IMG/VR virus record: IMGVR_UViG_3300018036_002016
Location: 1-60,375 of that record
Length of the DNA: 60,375 nt
Source: a virus
Lineage: Duplodnaviria; Caudoviricetes
Reading direction: 5' to 3' (one strand)
Shown: positions 27,978 through 37,910 of the stretch, piece after piece
Position numbering within the stretch: position 1 is the stretch's first letter
How the letters are laid out: every line of letters starts with the position of its first letter
Position numbers and translations under genes: made by a program
The notes under the pieces: generated by a model
Seen by the model: only the letters and a program-made list of their open reading frames with translations
What the model was told of the DNA's origin: nothing
Databases searched by the model: none

Positions 27978-28676
27978 TTAGACATCAAATTTAAATATAG
28001 GGTGATGACATATAACATATCCGCCGACATGTCTTCTTTTTTCAGATGGTTTTATTTTGTACTTTTTATAAATCTCATTTGCAAATACATAATCTTCTCC
28101 TCTTCCTCCCTCGCTTTTCCAAGTAACTCCGATGTCTTTTTTATGAATAAGTTGGTATGTTCCTCCAGTCCAATTAACTCTAAGCTTAATGAATTCTATT
28201 TCAAATTGATTAAATTTAGACAACATTTCACCCTTTCCCTCTTTAACAACTCGTGCAACTGCTTGTTGAACATTTGGCATATTGTATATCTCATCAATTA
28301 TGATAATTTCTTTAGAATTAGCAATTGATGTGTATGCATCTTTTAATCTACTTGGCAAAATAAAATCATCACTATCTAGATATGTTATGTATTCATACTT
28401 TGAATTATCTATGCCTATTTGTCTATAGCCACCTGGATATTCTGAATTCTTTTCTTTAGGCATTTTTATAAGACTGATATTTGAAACCCTTTGATAGTGT
28501 TCTTCAAATAACCTATTTGTTATCTCACATCCATCACTAACTATCACTAGTTCGCAATTCTGTTGCCCAATTGTTTGATTAATAAATGAATTAACAGCCC
28601 TAATAAACTTTTGTTCTGGGTTTCTTCTAGCACCTGGATAATCTCCAAGATAGGATGTCATTATTACACTAATCAT
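27978..28676 (-). CDS. GT2-family glycosyltransferase
   Basis: ISVIM, RAVNSFINQ, ELVIVSDG, YLDSDD (DxD) and GED. Confidence 0.85.
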   Translation of the reverse strand: MISVIMTSYLGDYPGARRNPEQKFIRAVNSFINQTIGQQNCELVIVSDGCEITNRLFEEHYQRVSNISLIKMPKEKNSEYPGGYRQIGIDNSKYEYITYLDSDDFILPSRLKDAYTSIANSKEIIIIDEIYNMPNVQQAVARVVKEGKGEMLSKFNQFEIEFIKLRVNWTGGTYQLIHKKDIGVTWKSEGGRGEDYVFANEIYKKYKIKPSEKRRHVGGYVICHHPIFKFDV

Positions 28677-28697
28677 ATAAATATTTATTTAAATAAG

Positions 28698-28721
28698 AAA
28701 GGGTCCCTCTCGGGACCCTTT
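28698..28721 (-). terminator. Intrinsic terminator after the capsid gene
   Basis: AAAGGGTCCC-GAGA-GGGACCCTTT. Confidence 0.8.
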
Positions 28722-28749
28722 CAAGTATATTGCTATATTCTATTTAGAA

Positions 28750-30231
28750 TTATAGAGCAAGGTTTAGTACGCTAAACTTCTGGTACTGAGTCTCTGGGTG
28801 GAAACCTGCTTTTACTAGAGCGAATCTAGATTTAACAGCAACCTTAGGAGCCATTGTACCTTCAGCGATAGTCTGTACGCTTTCTGCCATTAGGTAAGGC
28901 ATGAAAACAAGACCTGCACCATTACCATCACCTTTTCTACCAACTAGAATCTCGTGAGATTCTGCTCCAGAAGCATCAACAGCTCCTTCGAATGGAAGAC
29001 GTGGATCAGTGTAAACATTGATACCAGCAACCGAACCGATTGGGTAGATAGCGCCAGCAACTTGGCTAAATGTGTTAGCCATTGGGTTTGGAATGAATCC
29101 AGCAACACCTTGTAGTGCAGAAGCAACTTTTGCATCAACAACAGCAAAGTTACCAGCTCCTCTACGACCTCTGTTAGCGATTAAGTTCGCTGCAGCTAGG
29201 ATGTGAGTTAGGACTCTTCTGTTGATATCGCCGTAAGTATTACCGCTAACACCATTGTAGGTTAGAGATAGATCAGCAATTCCAGATTCAGCCATTTCTC
29301 TCATAGTTGAAAGAATGTAACCGTTGATAGACTGAGTTAGTTCGTTAGTTAGAACTGCCTCAACTTGAGCAACTGCGTCAACACCAAATTGCTTTAGATC
29401 TTGAACTTGCTCACGAGTTACTGCAGCTGCAACTTGGAAAGTTTCAGCCTCAACAGCTTTGCTGAATAGAGAAAGACCCATGATCTTGTCTGGAGTTCTT
29501 TCACCAACTGATCTTGAGAATGGTTTTGCGTCTAGTAAGTTACCATCAGCGTTCTCAACACCAGAGAATCCTGGGATGTGATCGTTTAGGGCAGCAACTA
29601 GATCAACAACTACAGAACCTTGAGATGCTGTAAATAGACCAGCAACAGTTCCTGGAGTTCCAGAAGATACTGCAGCTTCACCAGCTTCAGTGATTTTGTA
29701 GATACCGATTCCATCTAGACGTGAGGTACCTACTAATGTAGCAGCATCAGCAGCTGGTGAACCGTATTGGTTCACGCTGATTGTTCCTGCAGCATCATCA
29801 GAAGAAACTTTTACGTAAGTTGGAGTTACATCGTTATCAGTTCTACCACCTTCGTATACAAAGTCTAGGTAAGATAGAAGACCCATTGGACCTGCCATTG
29901 GGATTACCGGTACTAGATCTAGACCGATAGTTTGTGCAGCAACTTGCATTGCTAGTGGAAGTAGTGTTGGAGCTTTGTCACCAGAACCTCTTTGATTTGC
30001 AAATGATGCAGTGGTATCTGGTAGAGTTACAGCACCCATACCTCCGATGTTCATGCTATTGAAGCCAGCTTCAGAACCTAGGCTCATAAAGTTTGCGTCT
30101 TCGTATAGCTTGTGGTTGTGGCAGTAAGTTGACATCCATGCCAGCTTGCTTGATTCAGTAATACCAGTAGCTTCTTCAATGATTGGAGCCCAAGTACCTC
30201 TGATTTCTGCCTCGTTTAATAAATTAGCCAT
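28750..30231 (-). CDS. Major capsid protein (gp23-like)
   Basis: WAPIIE, LVPVIPMAGP, EQVQDLK, RRGAGNF, FMPY and PKVAVKSRFAL. Confidence 0.93.
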   Translation of the reverse strand: MANLLNEAEIRGTWAPIIEEATGITESSKLAWMSTYCHNHKLYEDANFMSLGSEAGFNSMNIGGMGAVTLPDTTASFANQRGSGDKAPTLLPLAMQVAAQTIGLDLVPVIPMAGPMGLLSYLDFVYEGGRTDNDVTPTYVKVSSDDAAGTISVNQYGSPAADAATLVGTSRLDGIGIYKITEAGEAAVSSGTPGTVAGLFTASQGSVVVDLVAALNDHIPGFSGVENADGNLLDAKPFSRSVGERTPDKIMGLSLFSKAVEAETFQVAAAVTREQVQDLKQFGVDAVAQVEAVLTNELTQSINGYILSTMREMAESGIADLSLTYNGVSGNTYGDINRRVLTHILAAANLIANRGRRGAGNFAVVDAKVASALQGVAGFIPNPMANTFSQVAGAIYPIGSVAGINVYTDPRLPFEGAVDASGAESHEILVGRKGDGNGAGLVFMPYLMAESVQTIAEGTMAPKVAVKSRFALVKAGFHPETQYQKFSVLNLAL

Positions 30232-30320
30232 TTTTCAGATTTATTTTTTTGTTTTTGTTTATATTCGACATTCTTGGGCTTTCTGCTTCTTTCGCCCTAT
30301 CGTCGATGTTTTATATATTC

Positions 30321-32264
30321 TTATTTATTGAATCTCTTTTTGAATTGCTCAGCATATCCTGAAACATCATAACCAAGTCCTTTAGTTTCTTCTTTCTTAG
30401 ATTCATTAACCATTTCTATTTTTTCCATTACTGGAGCAGTTTCTCTAAGATCTCTAGTTTGCCAGAAGTTTTTAACTTGATATTCAGTTTCTAATTTGTG
30501 GTATTTAGCTTGAGCTGAAATTTGATTCTTTTTGCTTTCAGAAAGAGAAGACCATGTTTCAGCGTATTCTGCTGGCATTGCAGTAATAAAGAATGGTTCT
30601 GCGTTTCTGTTTTCAACGATTAACGTAGAGTTTTCAATAATTGCTTCAATTTGAGATTCTGTCATGAATCCTCTCTTAGAAACATTATATCTTACTTCTT
30701 TTTTAGCTTCTTCGTTTAGCGCGTTGTATTTTTCTTGTACTTTAGAAGAAACTACTTTGAAGAATGAAGGATTTTCATTTTCTTTTTTAGTTGCAGCTTC
30801 AACAAGAGTATTTAGCTTGCTTGCAATTTCTCTCTTATATGCTTCTGCAGCACTAACAACATCCTTTGTTCCTTCTTCACCACCGTCTTCTAGGTCGTCT
30901 TCAAGTTCATCAGAAGTATCTGTTGTTTTCTTATCATCTTCAGTATTTACTTTAGTATCTTCAGCTTCTGTTTCTTCAGCTGGAAGAGCCGCATCTTCTG
31001 CGTCGTCGCTAACATCACCTTCTTCAGAGTTATCTCCAACTTCAGTTTCTTTATCTTCGATTTCTTCCATATCTTTTGCAGCTCCTTCATCTTCTCCACC
31101 CTTGTCTAGATCTTCCTCTTCAACAACTAGGTTTTCATTAATTGATTCTGCAATATATTCTGCGTATTCAGTAACAGATTGTAGATTTTCTCTTAGGTAC
31201 TCGATGTATTCCATAAGCTTTTCAGAAGATTCAGTGTTTTCATTATGTGATTCTGCTAAGTAATTAGCGTAATCTTTTACTTTTGATAAACCTTCTGCAA
31301 GGTGTTCAGAATACTGAATACTATTATCTACCTTCTCAGCAACGTGTTCAGTGTATTGAATAGATTGATCTAGTTTTTCAGCAACATCTTCAGAGTATTG
31401 AATACCTTGGTCTGCTTTTTCAGCAACATGCTCAGAATATTGAATTGATTGATCTAATTTTTCAGCTAGGTACTCAACATAGCTTGATAGATTATTAACG
31501 CTCTCTACGATGTGGTCATTGTGAGCTTTAACTTCAGTTAGATCTTTTTCAGATACTTCACTAGTCGCTGGCACTTCTGTTTTTTCAATTGATTCTTTTA
31601 GCGACTTAATTTCATTAGCAAGATACTCAGTATACTTGTTAAAGTCGTCAGATTTTACAAATTCTGCCATGTCTTTGTTTTCTATAATTTGTGTTTGATT
31701 ATTATCTTGTTTTTTATTTATCTCATAAATATAAAGTCCGTTTTCTGCAGAATATCCATATGATTCGTTTACTCTTTTTAATTCTGCATTTTCAAATCCA
31801 GGATCAGCAACTAAATCATATGTAAAAAGCTGCTTAATTTTAACTTTTCCATTTGACTCAACCGCACCGGCTGCTCTAGATGAGATTTGTAGAGGTACTC
31901 CAGCATCAACTAATGCTTTTGCCTGTCTACCCGCATCAGTATCTAAAAGTCTAATGCGTCCTTTAACTTGTTTGTTGTCGCTGTCATAGTATAGGTCCTC
32001 TATGATATGAGACACATTCTTTAAAGATACGTCAAATTGTGAAGGATGATCTAGCTCACCTAATAATTTGCCCGATTTAATCTTTTGTTGAAGTGATTCA
32101 ATCTGTGGAACATACTCATCCTCGGTATAAATTCTTTGGTTTTTGTTTTTTACATCAATTTCACCAAAAATACCTTCTAGGACATACTCTTTAGAATCGC
32201 CTTCCGTCACCGAAAGAGTTTTCGACGACATTTCGACAATTAAAAGGTCTTTTATGTTTTCCAT
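30321..32264 (-). CDS. Prohead protease (gp21-like) fused to an acidic coiled-coil scaffold
   Basis: LEGIF, NKNQRIY, LGELDHP, ISSRAAG and YDLVADP, followed by 14-aa repeats and an acidic linker. Confidence 0.9.
   Translation of the reverse strand: MENIKDLLIVEMSSKTLSVTEGDSKEYVLEGIFGEIDVKNKNQRIYTEDEYVPQIESLQQKIKSGKLLGELDHPSQFDVSLKNVSHIIEDLYYDSDNKQVKGRIRLLDTDAGRQAKALVDAGVPLQISSRAAGAVESNGKVKIKQLFTYDLVADPGFENAELKRVNESYGYSAENGLYIYEINKKQDNNQTQIIENKDMAEFVKSDDFNKYTEYLANEIKSLKESIEKTEVPATSEVSEKDLTEVKAHNDHIVESVNNLSSYVEYLAEKLDQSIQYSEHVAEKADQGIQYSEDVAEKLDQSIQYTEHVAEKVDNSIQYSEHLAEGLSKVKDYANYLAESHNENTESSEKLMEYIEYLRENLQSVTEYAEYIAESINENLVVEEEDLDKGGEDEGAAKDMEEIEDKETEVGDNSEEGDVSDDAEDAALPAEETEAEDTKVNTEDDKKTTDTSDELEDDLEDGGEEGTKDVVSAAEAYKREIASKLNTLVEAATKKENENPSFFKVVSSKVQEKYNALNEEAKKEVRYNVSKRGFMTESQIEAIIENSTLIVENRNAEPFFITAMPAEYAETWSSLSESKKNQISAQAKYHKLETEYQVKNFWQTRDLRETAPVMEKIEMVNESKKEETKGLGYDVSGYAEQFKKRFNK
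31300..31480 (-). repeat. Imperfect 42-bp (14-aa) tandem repeat AEKLDQSIQYSEHV; limits approximate
   Basis: About four clear copies in the translation. Confidence 0.8.
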
Positions 32265-32314
32265 ATTTTATGTTTTATTGTTTTTTTATATATCCCTTTT
32301 GATTCTGAAACTTT

Positions 32315-32671
32315 TTATACTTCAGCTTCTAAGTCTGCTAGTTCATCTCCGGTGTCTTCGCCACCTGATCCAGCATCTTCTTCTCCCTCTTCTTCAGCTT
32401 CCTTTTCCTTTTCTTCGGCGTAATACTCATTCCATAGCTGCTTTATCTGGGCAAGCTCTCCAGCTTTAAATGCATTTTGACCATATTTATCGTAAAAAAA
32501 GTCTTCGAGTTCTTTTTCTGTTTCAGAATTTACAATAGCTCCTACAATTTCAGCAGAAGAAATTACCCTTCCATCTTCTAAGGTAATATCATCAGCTGCA
32601 ACATCTGAATCAGGGTTCGGTTTTGCCGCATCCTCCTTAATAAATTCTTCAAATAGTTTAACTCGTTTCAT
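32315..32671 (-). CDS. Acidic prohead core-like protein carrying the shared N-terminal tag
   Basis: MKRVKLFEEFIKE start; lies between portal and protease, where T4 has gp67/gp68. Confidence 0.6.
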   Translation of the reverse strand: MKRVKLFEEFIKEDAAKPNPDSDVAADDITLEDGRVISSAEIVGAIVNSETEKELEDFFYDKYGQNAFKAGELAQIKQLWNEYYAEEKEKEAEEEGEEDAGSGGEDTGDELADLEAEV

Positions 32672-32691
32672 GCTTTATTTATCTTTATTTT

Positions 32692-34284
32692 TTACATGCC
32701 CATCATATCATCTTCGGGCTCATCTCCGGCAGATTCTGCTTCTTTTTTAGCCTTGGCTGCCGCATTAGCTGCCAAATCATCATCTGAAATTTTAAGATAT
32801 TTTTTAACAAGGAAGTCCATGTCAAAGAAGTATTCTTGCTCCATTGTTTCTGGATTTTCTTCATATAGGCTTTCTCTCATTTGTCCAATAAAATCAAGCC
32901 TTCTTTCCATTATCTCGTAATTCTTTAGTTCAGCAAACACATTCTCTTCATTAAATCTAAGAGCAATCTGTGTTTTAAATTGTGGATCTCCTTCAAACTC
33001 AGGATATTTTAAACACATTTGAATATACAATGGTTTAACTAATACTTCCTGGAATACAGATCTCAATCTCTTTACAAATTTAGAGAATTTAATTTCATCT
33101 CTAATCATACCATCTGCTGCAAGGTTAAAATCTCCACCACCGTCTTCATACAGAAAACGTGAATATGGAATTTTAGAAACATGCTTTAATTTATCTGAGA
33201 AGTATTTAAGTGCTTCTGTATCTGATAAATCTGGGCCATCTCCTCCTAGTGTTTCAATTTCTGGAGATTCTCCTTCTTTAGAAGGCAACCAATATTCCTT
33301 ATTGAACTGAAGCATTGGCTTTCCATCAGTCTGTAGAGTAGCGCTATCCCAATCGAATTCTACACTTTCTTTATAAGAATGCATCAATTGCGCCAACGAC
33401 TGTTTTGCCCTGGTCTTAGATTTTCCACCAACTGGAATAATGAATTTCATTCTAAAGCTTGAGTTGGTAGTTGCCCAAATCACTCGAGTGTGTTCCATAA
33501 TTCGCAAGAGGTTGAATGCTCTTACTAATCTCTCAATATATGATACCCTAGATGCTGTGGTAATTGAAGAATAAGAAATATAGACAATTTGTGAGTCGTA
33601 TAATTTTCTTTGTTTATTTGGGTCATCTTTATATTGAACCCATACCTTTTTTCCATCTTCGTGATTATAACCTGGTATCAATGTTACTGGATCTAATTCT
33701 TTAAATCCAATAACTGTTTTCTGATCTGGAGAATAAATAATTTCAAAGGCAAGGTACCCATCTATTAGAAATTTTCTAAAATAGTACCACGCAGATTGAT
33801 CTTGTGTAAATCCAAAGTATTGATAAATCTGTTTAAAGTACTTATTAAGATCTTTTTCAACATCTTCAGAAACATCCATTCCTATTATTTCAGGCTGACA
33901 AAAGAAATTCTTTTCATCGTATACTACAGTCTCATCACATAGTATATCTAGAATATCTTCGATTTCATCATTTAATGAAAACTTTCTAAGCTCTTGTCTT
34001 TTACCCTCATAATCCTTATCAAAGAATGGAATATTCTTTTTGAGGTTAATGTCTGTCATTGATAGAGCAGCAAACGCTCCATAAATATCTTCATTGTCCC
34101 ATCCAAGAGGGTTCATTTGCCCGTAACCAATTTGGTCCTCCATTGGACCAATTGCTTGAGATTGTCTAAGCACAAGATCATCGTATCTCATACCAAACGA
34201 TGAAAGTGATTTTAGACTATCTGATAATCTAAAAGGTCTTTTACCTGTGCTTAACGGGCCATTTCTATCTTTAAATCCTGCCAT
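32692..34284 (-). CDS. Portal protein (gp20-like)
   Basis: FRKFLIDG, NLLRIMEH, EYWLPSKEG..EIETLGG, KIPYSR and RDEIKFSKFVKRLR. Confidence 0.93.
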   Translation of the reverse strand: MAGFKDRNGPLSTGKRPFRLSDSLKSLSSFGMRYDDLVLRQSQAIGPMEDQIGYGQMNPLGWDNEDIYGAFAALSMTDINLKKNIPFFDKDYEGKRQELRKFSLNDEIEDILDILCDETVVYDEKNFFCQPEIIGMDVSEDVEKDLNKYFKQIYQYFGFTQDQSAWYYFRKFLIDGYLAFEIIYSPDQKTVIGFKELDPVTLIPGYNHEDGKKVWVQYKDDPNKQRKLYDSQIVYISYSSITTASRVSYIERLVRAFNLLRIMEHTRVIWATTNSSFRMKFIIPVGGKSKTRAKQSLAQLMHSYKESVEFDWDSATLQTDGKPMLQFNKEYWLPSKEGESPEIETLGGDGPDLSDTEALKYFSDKLKHVSKIPYSRFLYEDGGGDFNLAADGMIRDEIKFSKFVKRLRSVFQEVLVKPLYIQMCLKYPEFEGDPQFKTQIALRFNEENVFAELKNYEIMERRLDFIGQMRESLYEENPETMEQEYFFDMDFLVKKYLKISDDDLAANAAAKAKKEAESAGDEPEDDMMGM

Positions 34285-34322
34285 GGTAGGTTATTATTAT
34301 ATTCTCTTGTTATATATTCTTA

Positions 34323-34922
34323 TTATCTAGCGTGTTTTCTGAAAGCAAATCTAATTTTTGCCGGAGTGCTTCCATTCAAATCTATGAAATCACAAAGTGC
34401 TATTTTTGACCAACTTTCATATGCAACTACTGCTTGGTTTCTTTTTAAATTTGGGATATATTGTCTAATTGCAAAATCATATCCGTATCTCTCTAAGAAT
34501 GATTTTGCACCTTGGTATGAAAATCCTATTTGACCCTGTGCTATTGCATTCTCACTCTTGACTCCAATTGTTTGTGACTTTATCTGACCTGACATTCTAT
34601 CATATACAAAATCAAGAAGCTCTTCTTTTACTTTTATTGGTAGTAAATTTAAATTTATACCTACATCATTTTTTTCATATGGGTCTAATGCAAGAACTAC
34701 TGGATTTTCATCCCACCATTCTAATCTTTCTTGTGTTTTTGGGGTTTTATACTCAAATACATAAATTTTTCCAGGTCTAAATCTTTGGCCAGTTGATGTT
34801 ACTGTTTTATCCATTCTCTTAGATTTACCGAGAGTGTACCAAGCCTCTGCTTTAGCCCTCGCTAAGCGCTTTCCACCAGCATCTTTAGTTAGTTTTTTAA
34901 TTTGTTTTTTTATTTCTCCCAT
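34323..34922 (-). CDS. DNA end protector (gp2-like)
   Basis: PGKIYVFEY, WWDENP, GINLNLLP and AIRQY. Confidence 0.75.
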   Translation of the reverse strand: MGEIKKQIKKLTKDAGGKRLARAKAEAWYTLGKSKRMDKTVTSTGQRFRPGKIYVFEYKTPKTQERLEWWDENPVVLALDPYEKNDVGINLNLLPIKVKEELLDFVYDRMSGQIKSQTIGVKSENAIAQGQIGFSYQGAKSFLERYGYDFAIRQYIPNLKRNQAVVAYESWSKIALCDFIDLNGSTPAKIRFAFRKHAR

Positions 34923-35395
34923 TATTTAAGTGACTTTTCTGTCAGGATAATAAATCTCCAACCTCGATCTTCTGCCCATTTTTTAGCATATTTATATTTA
35001 TCGCGATTTATAACATACTGTTCAGCTAAAAATTTATAAGATTTTAGAGCTTTTTTAGAGTTTTTTGTGGGCTGTTTTGGCTTTTTAATTTGATCTGATG
35101 GTTTAATTTCAATTAAAAACTCTTCATATGTTTCTCCTTTTTGAACTTTCATATAAAAGTCAGGATAATATTTTCTTTCTTTAGAATCTAACGTAGACCA
35201 ATATTTTATTTCAACAGGTTCTGAAGACCATGCGATTACATCATCTCTATTATCGCATAAAATCATAAACTTTCTCTCCCATGAAGATCTGTAAATTATA
35301 GGAGATTTGCCTAAATACTTTTTAGGATATTTTGGATTATAGTATCCTTGTATGAACCCTGAATTATTTGTAGGTCTTACGTTTTTTATTGACAT
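34922..35395 (-). CDS. Head completion nuclease (gp4-like, TnsA-type)
   Basis: PKKYLG..IIYRSSWE, WSSE, YYPDF, IEIKP and FIILTE. Confidence 0.9.
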   Translation of the reverse strand: MSIKNVRPTNNSGFIQGYYNPKYPKKYLGKSPIIYRSSWERKFMILCDNRDDVIAWSSEPVEIKYWSTLDSKERKYYPDFYMKVQKGETYEEFLIEIKPSDQIKKPKQPTKNSKKALKSYKFLAEQYVINRDKYKYAKKWAEDRGWRFIILTEKSLK

Positions 35396-35769
35396 TAGAT
35401 GTTAAATAAACCACCTTCTCCATCTGTAGTTCCTCCGGAACGATCAAGGCTTAGTGTTGATTTATATTTTTTAGGGTGAATTTTATTCCATCCTTTAGCA
35501 TATCCTCGCTTTGCAATTTCTGTAAAATATGCAAACGCGTTTTTATATTCTGGGTTAAAGTTTCTCCAATATTTTAGTAGATCTAAAAGTGCAAATTGTA
35601 AACAATCTTGTCTATCTTCCTCATTTACATAAGTAAGTTTTCTAATTGCTCTTTCGGCTAACATTACTAACATTTTTTCAGCAGTTGGTGTTAACTTGTC
35701 TTTTTCTTTTGATTCTACTATTGCGTCATAGAGATCTTTATTGTTAAGGTAATTCTTTTTTCTTGCCAC
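35395..35769 (-). CDS. Late sigma factor (gp55-like); GTG start at 35769
   Basis: NYLNNKDL, NFNPE and NAFAYFTEIAKR. Confidence 0.85.
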   Translation of the reverse strand: MARKKNYLNNKDLYDAIVESKEKDKLTPTAEKMLVMLAERAIRKLTYVNEEDRQDCLQFALLDLLKYWRNFNPEYKNAFAYFTEIAKRGYAKGWNKIHPKKYKSTLSLDRSGGTTDGEGGLFNI

Positions 35770-35790
35770 GACTAAAATAGTATTTATTAG

Positions 35791-35818
35791 ATTATATGAA
35801 AAAAGGGCCAATTGTTTC
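35791..35818 (-). promoter_or_regulatory. Class 2 promoter GAAAC-N17-TATAAT upstream of gp55
   Basis: Motif copy 21 nt before the GTG. Confidence 0.75.
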
Positions 35819-35831
35819 CAATTAGCCCTTT
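35802..35831 (-). terminator. Intrinsic terminator overlapping the class 2 promoter
   Basis: AAAGGGCTAATTG-GAAA-CAATTGGCCCTTT followed by TTT. Confidence 0.75.
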
Positions 35832-35857
35832 AATAGATTTATAAACTTCTAGATATA

Positions 35858-37066
35858 CTAAACAGTTTCAGAAGCTTCAATATTTACGTGTCTTTTCATT
35901 ACCTTTACTGGCTTATCATCAATTACAACAGTAATCATGTCGTCTTTTCCAGCAGTTGTATAATCCAATGCATCTACCTTAACATCAGTGCCTTTAGCGT
36001 GGCCGTCATATTCCATTGCTAAGGATGCGTTAGTAAATCCATCGTTTCTGGTTAATTCATCTTCTTTTAGAATAGAAATAACTTGCTCAAAATTAGATAT
36101 TTCTGTTCTAATTAAGTTATCAGCTTCTTTAATTTCCGGAATATTTTTATTAGCATCTGCTAGAATATTTCTTTGGTCTTTTAAGAATGAAATTAATTCT
36201 CTAGTCTCTTCTATTTTAGAATCAATTTTTTCTTGCAATTTTGATTTTGCCTCTAAAATATCATTAAACATAAAAGATACGTCTTCACCTGTTTTTTCTT
36301 CTAAATATTCAATGGTTTTAAGAGCTGAAAAGCTGTTAAATTCAGTAATTTTATTTGCAGTATTATTTTTAAATACAATTGCATTTGAGTTATGTCTAAT
36401 TACTGATGTTGTCGTTGTGCCATCTACGATTTCTACTAGACTTTCAGCAACTGCAAACTTATTAAAGTGTTTTACAACGTTTTCAAAAATATTTAAAATT
36501 GTTTTATCCGAATAATTAATTAGACCTGATGCAAACATATTTTCAGCTAGAGAATCTGGAGATACCTTTCTATTATTTACATATACTTGGTTTTCTTTAG
36601 CATTGTATGAATATACAATTGTTCTTGCCGATTCTTTTAATGTCGCAATGTTTGACTTAATATCAGAAACTAGTACCATTGCTTCGTTTACAGCAACTTC
36701 GTTACCTGCTAATTTATGACTTTTTCTTAGTGTTTCTAATTCACCAAGTTTTTCATTTAAATCTTCGATTTTATTAAAAGCATCTACCGACTTATTAATT
36801 TGTTCAATTTGAAATTCTTTAGTAGTCACTCCTTCAACTACTCTTTTAATTGACTTTGAATTTAAGTCATAATAAAAGGACATGCCATTTTCACTAACAT
36901 TAAAGTTTTTAAGTGCGTATTCTAACTCTTCAAGTATCCCAGTAGTTGGAATTATCTTTACATTGGATTCGTTAATCTCAAAGTATTTACCAGCAGAATA
37001 GACAACTTTTGACTCTTCACTAACGTTAAAGCATGCTGTCAATATATTTTTTTTAACTGTTGCCAT
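35858..37066 (-). CDS. Hypothetical late (structural?) protein; start likely 37066
   Basis: Class 3 promoter at 37087; coiled-coil segments. Confidence 0.6.
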   Translation of the reverse strand: MATVKKNILTACFNVSEESKVVYSAGKYFEINESNVKIIPTTGILEELEYALKNFNVSENGMSFYYDLNSKSIKRVVEGVTTKEFQIEQINKSVDAFNKIEDLNEKLGELETLRKSHKLAGNEVAVNEAMVLVSDIKSNIATLKESARTIVYSYNAKENQVYVNNRKVSPDSLAENMFASGLINYSDKTILNIFENVVKHFNKFAVAESLVEIVDGTTTTSVIRHNSNAIVFKNNTANKITEFNSFSALKTIEYLEEKTGEDVSFMFNDILEAKSKLQEKIDSKIEETRELISFLKDQRNILADANKNIPEIKEADNLIRTEISNFEQVISILKEDELTRNDGFTNASLAMEYDGHAKGTDVKVDALDYTTAGKDDMITVVIDDKPVKVMKRHVNIEASETV

Positions 37067-37100
37067 CTTTTTATTTTGATTTTCTTTATATATCATTTAT

Positions 37101-37907
37101 TTATTCACTAAAAGGTAGCTCTCTTCCTATCACCTTATAGTTATCTCCAAGTATCGGTGATGTTGATTCTTTGGTAGGGTCGTTTGTAAAGCTTCCTATT
37201 TCAACCATTCTATTTCCAGCATGTCTTGCCGTTGAAAAATCAAACGATGGAATAAATGAATTAATTTCAAGAGAAAAAGTTACCTTAAAGTCTTCTTTTT
37301 CTCCAAATCCAAATTCAACTGGCCTTTCCATTGAATAATCATCAGGAACTGCATATTCTGAGGATATTCTATATACTCCTTCTTCTAAATGTCCGACTTC
37401 TACATTATAATAGTTTGCTCGATACATTTTTTTAATGATTGCTTCCGTAACTTTAAATAAATCTAGTTGGCTAGATAGTGTAATAGCAACATCAATTCCG
37501 ATAGTAATTGGAACCATACTGAATTCTGCTACATAGCTTTGCATTATACCATCTTTATCTAAAACTGCGTATTGTCCAAGATTTCTTTTATTTACCAACC
37601 TAGAAGGATCTACGTTAAGTGATGTTATATTTACAACACCTCTTGGAACTTGGTCATAATTACCATCTGCCTTTTCTCCATCAGGTACGCAATTTACACC
37701 AAGTGCTGTAGAAAAAAGAAAGTTATCTCTTAAGAAATTTTCATCTCCAGTTACTGAATAGTAAAACGGAACGTCAACCTCAACTCTCTGATCATTAGAA
37801 ACTTGTCGATAAAAACTTAGCTTATTATTTAAATCAGCTAAAAGGCCAACGACTAAATGTCTAACAACACTGTCATCTTTGTTAAATTTAAGGTTGTATG
37901 ATGCCAT
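37101..37907 (-). CDS. Tail sheath stabilizer / tail terminator (gp15-like)
   Basis: VDVPFYY, VPRGVVNITSLNVDPSR and VPITI. Confidence 0.7.
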   Translation of the reverse strand: MASYNLKFNKDDSVVRHLVVGLLADLNNKLSFYRQVSNDQRVEVDVPFYYSVTGDENFLRDNFLFSTALGVNCVPDGEKADGNYDQVPRGVVNITSLNVDPSRLVNKRNLGQYAVLDKDGIMQSYVAEFSMVPITIGIDVAITLSSQLDLFKVTEAIIKKMYRANYYNVEVGHLEEGVYRISSEYAVPDDYSMERPVEFGFGEKEDFKVTFSLEINSFIPSFDFSTARHAGNRMVEIGSFTNDPTKESTSPILGDNYKVIGRELPFSE

Positions 37908-37910
37908 TTA

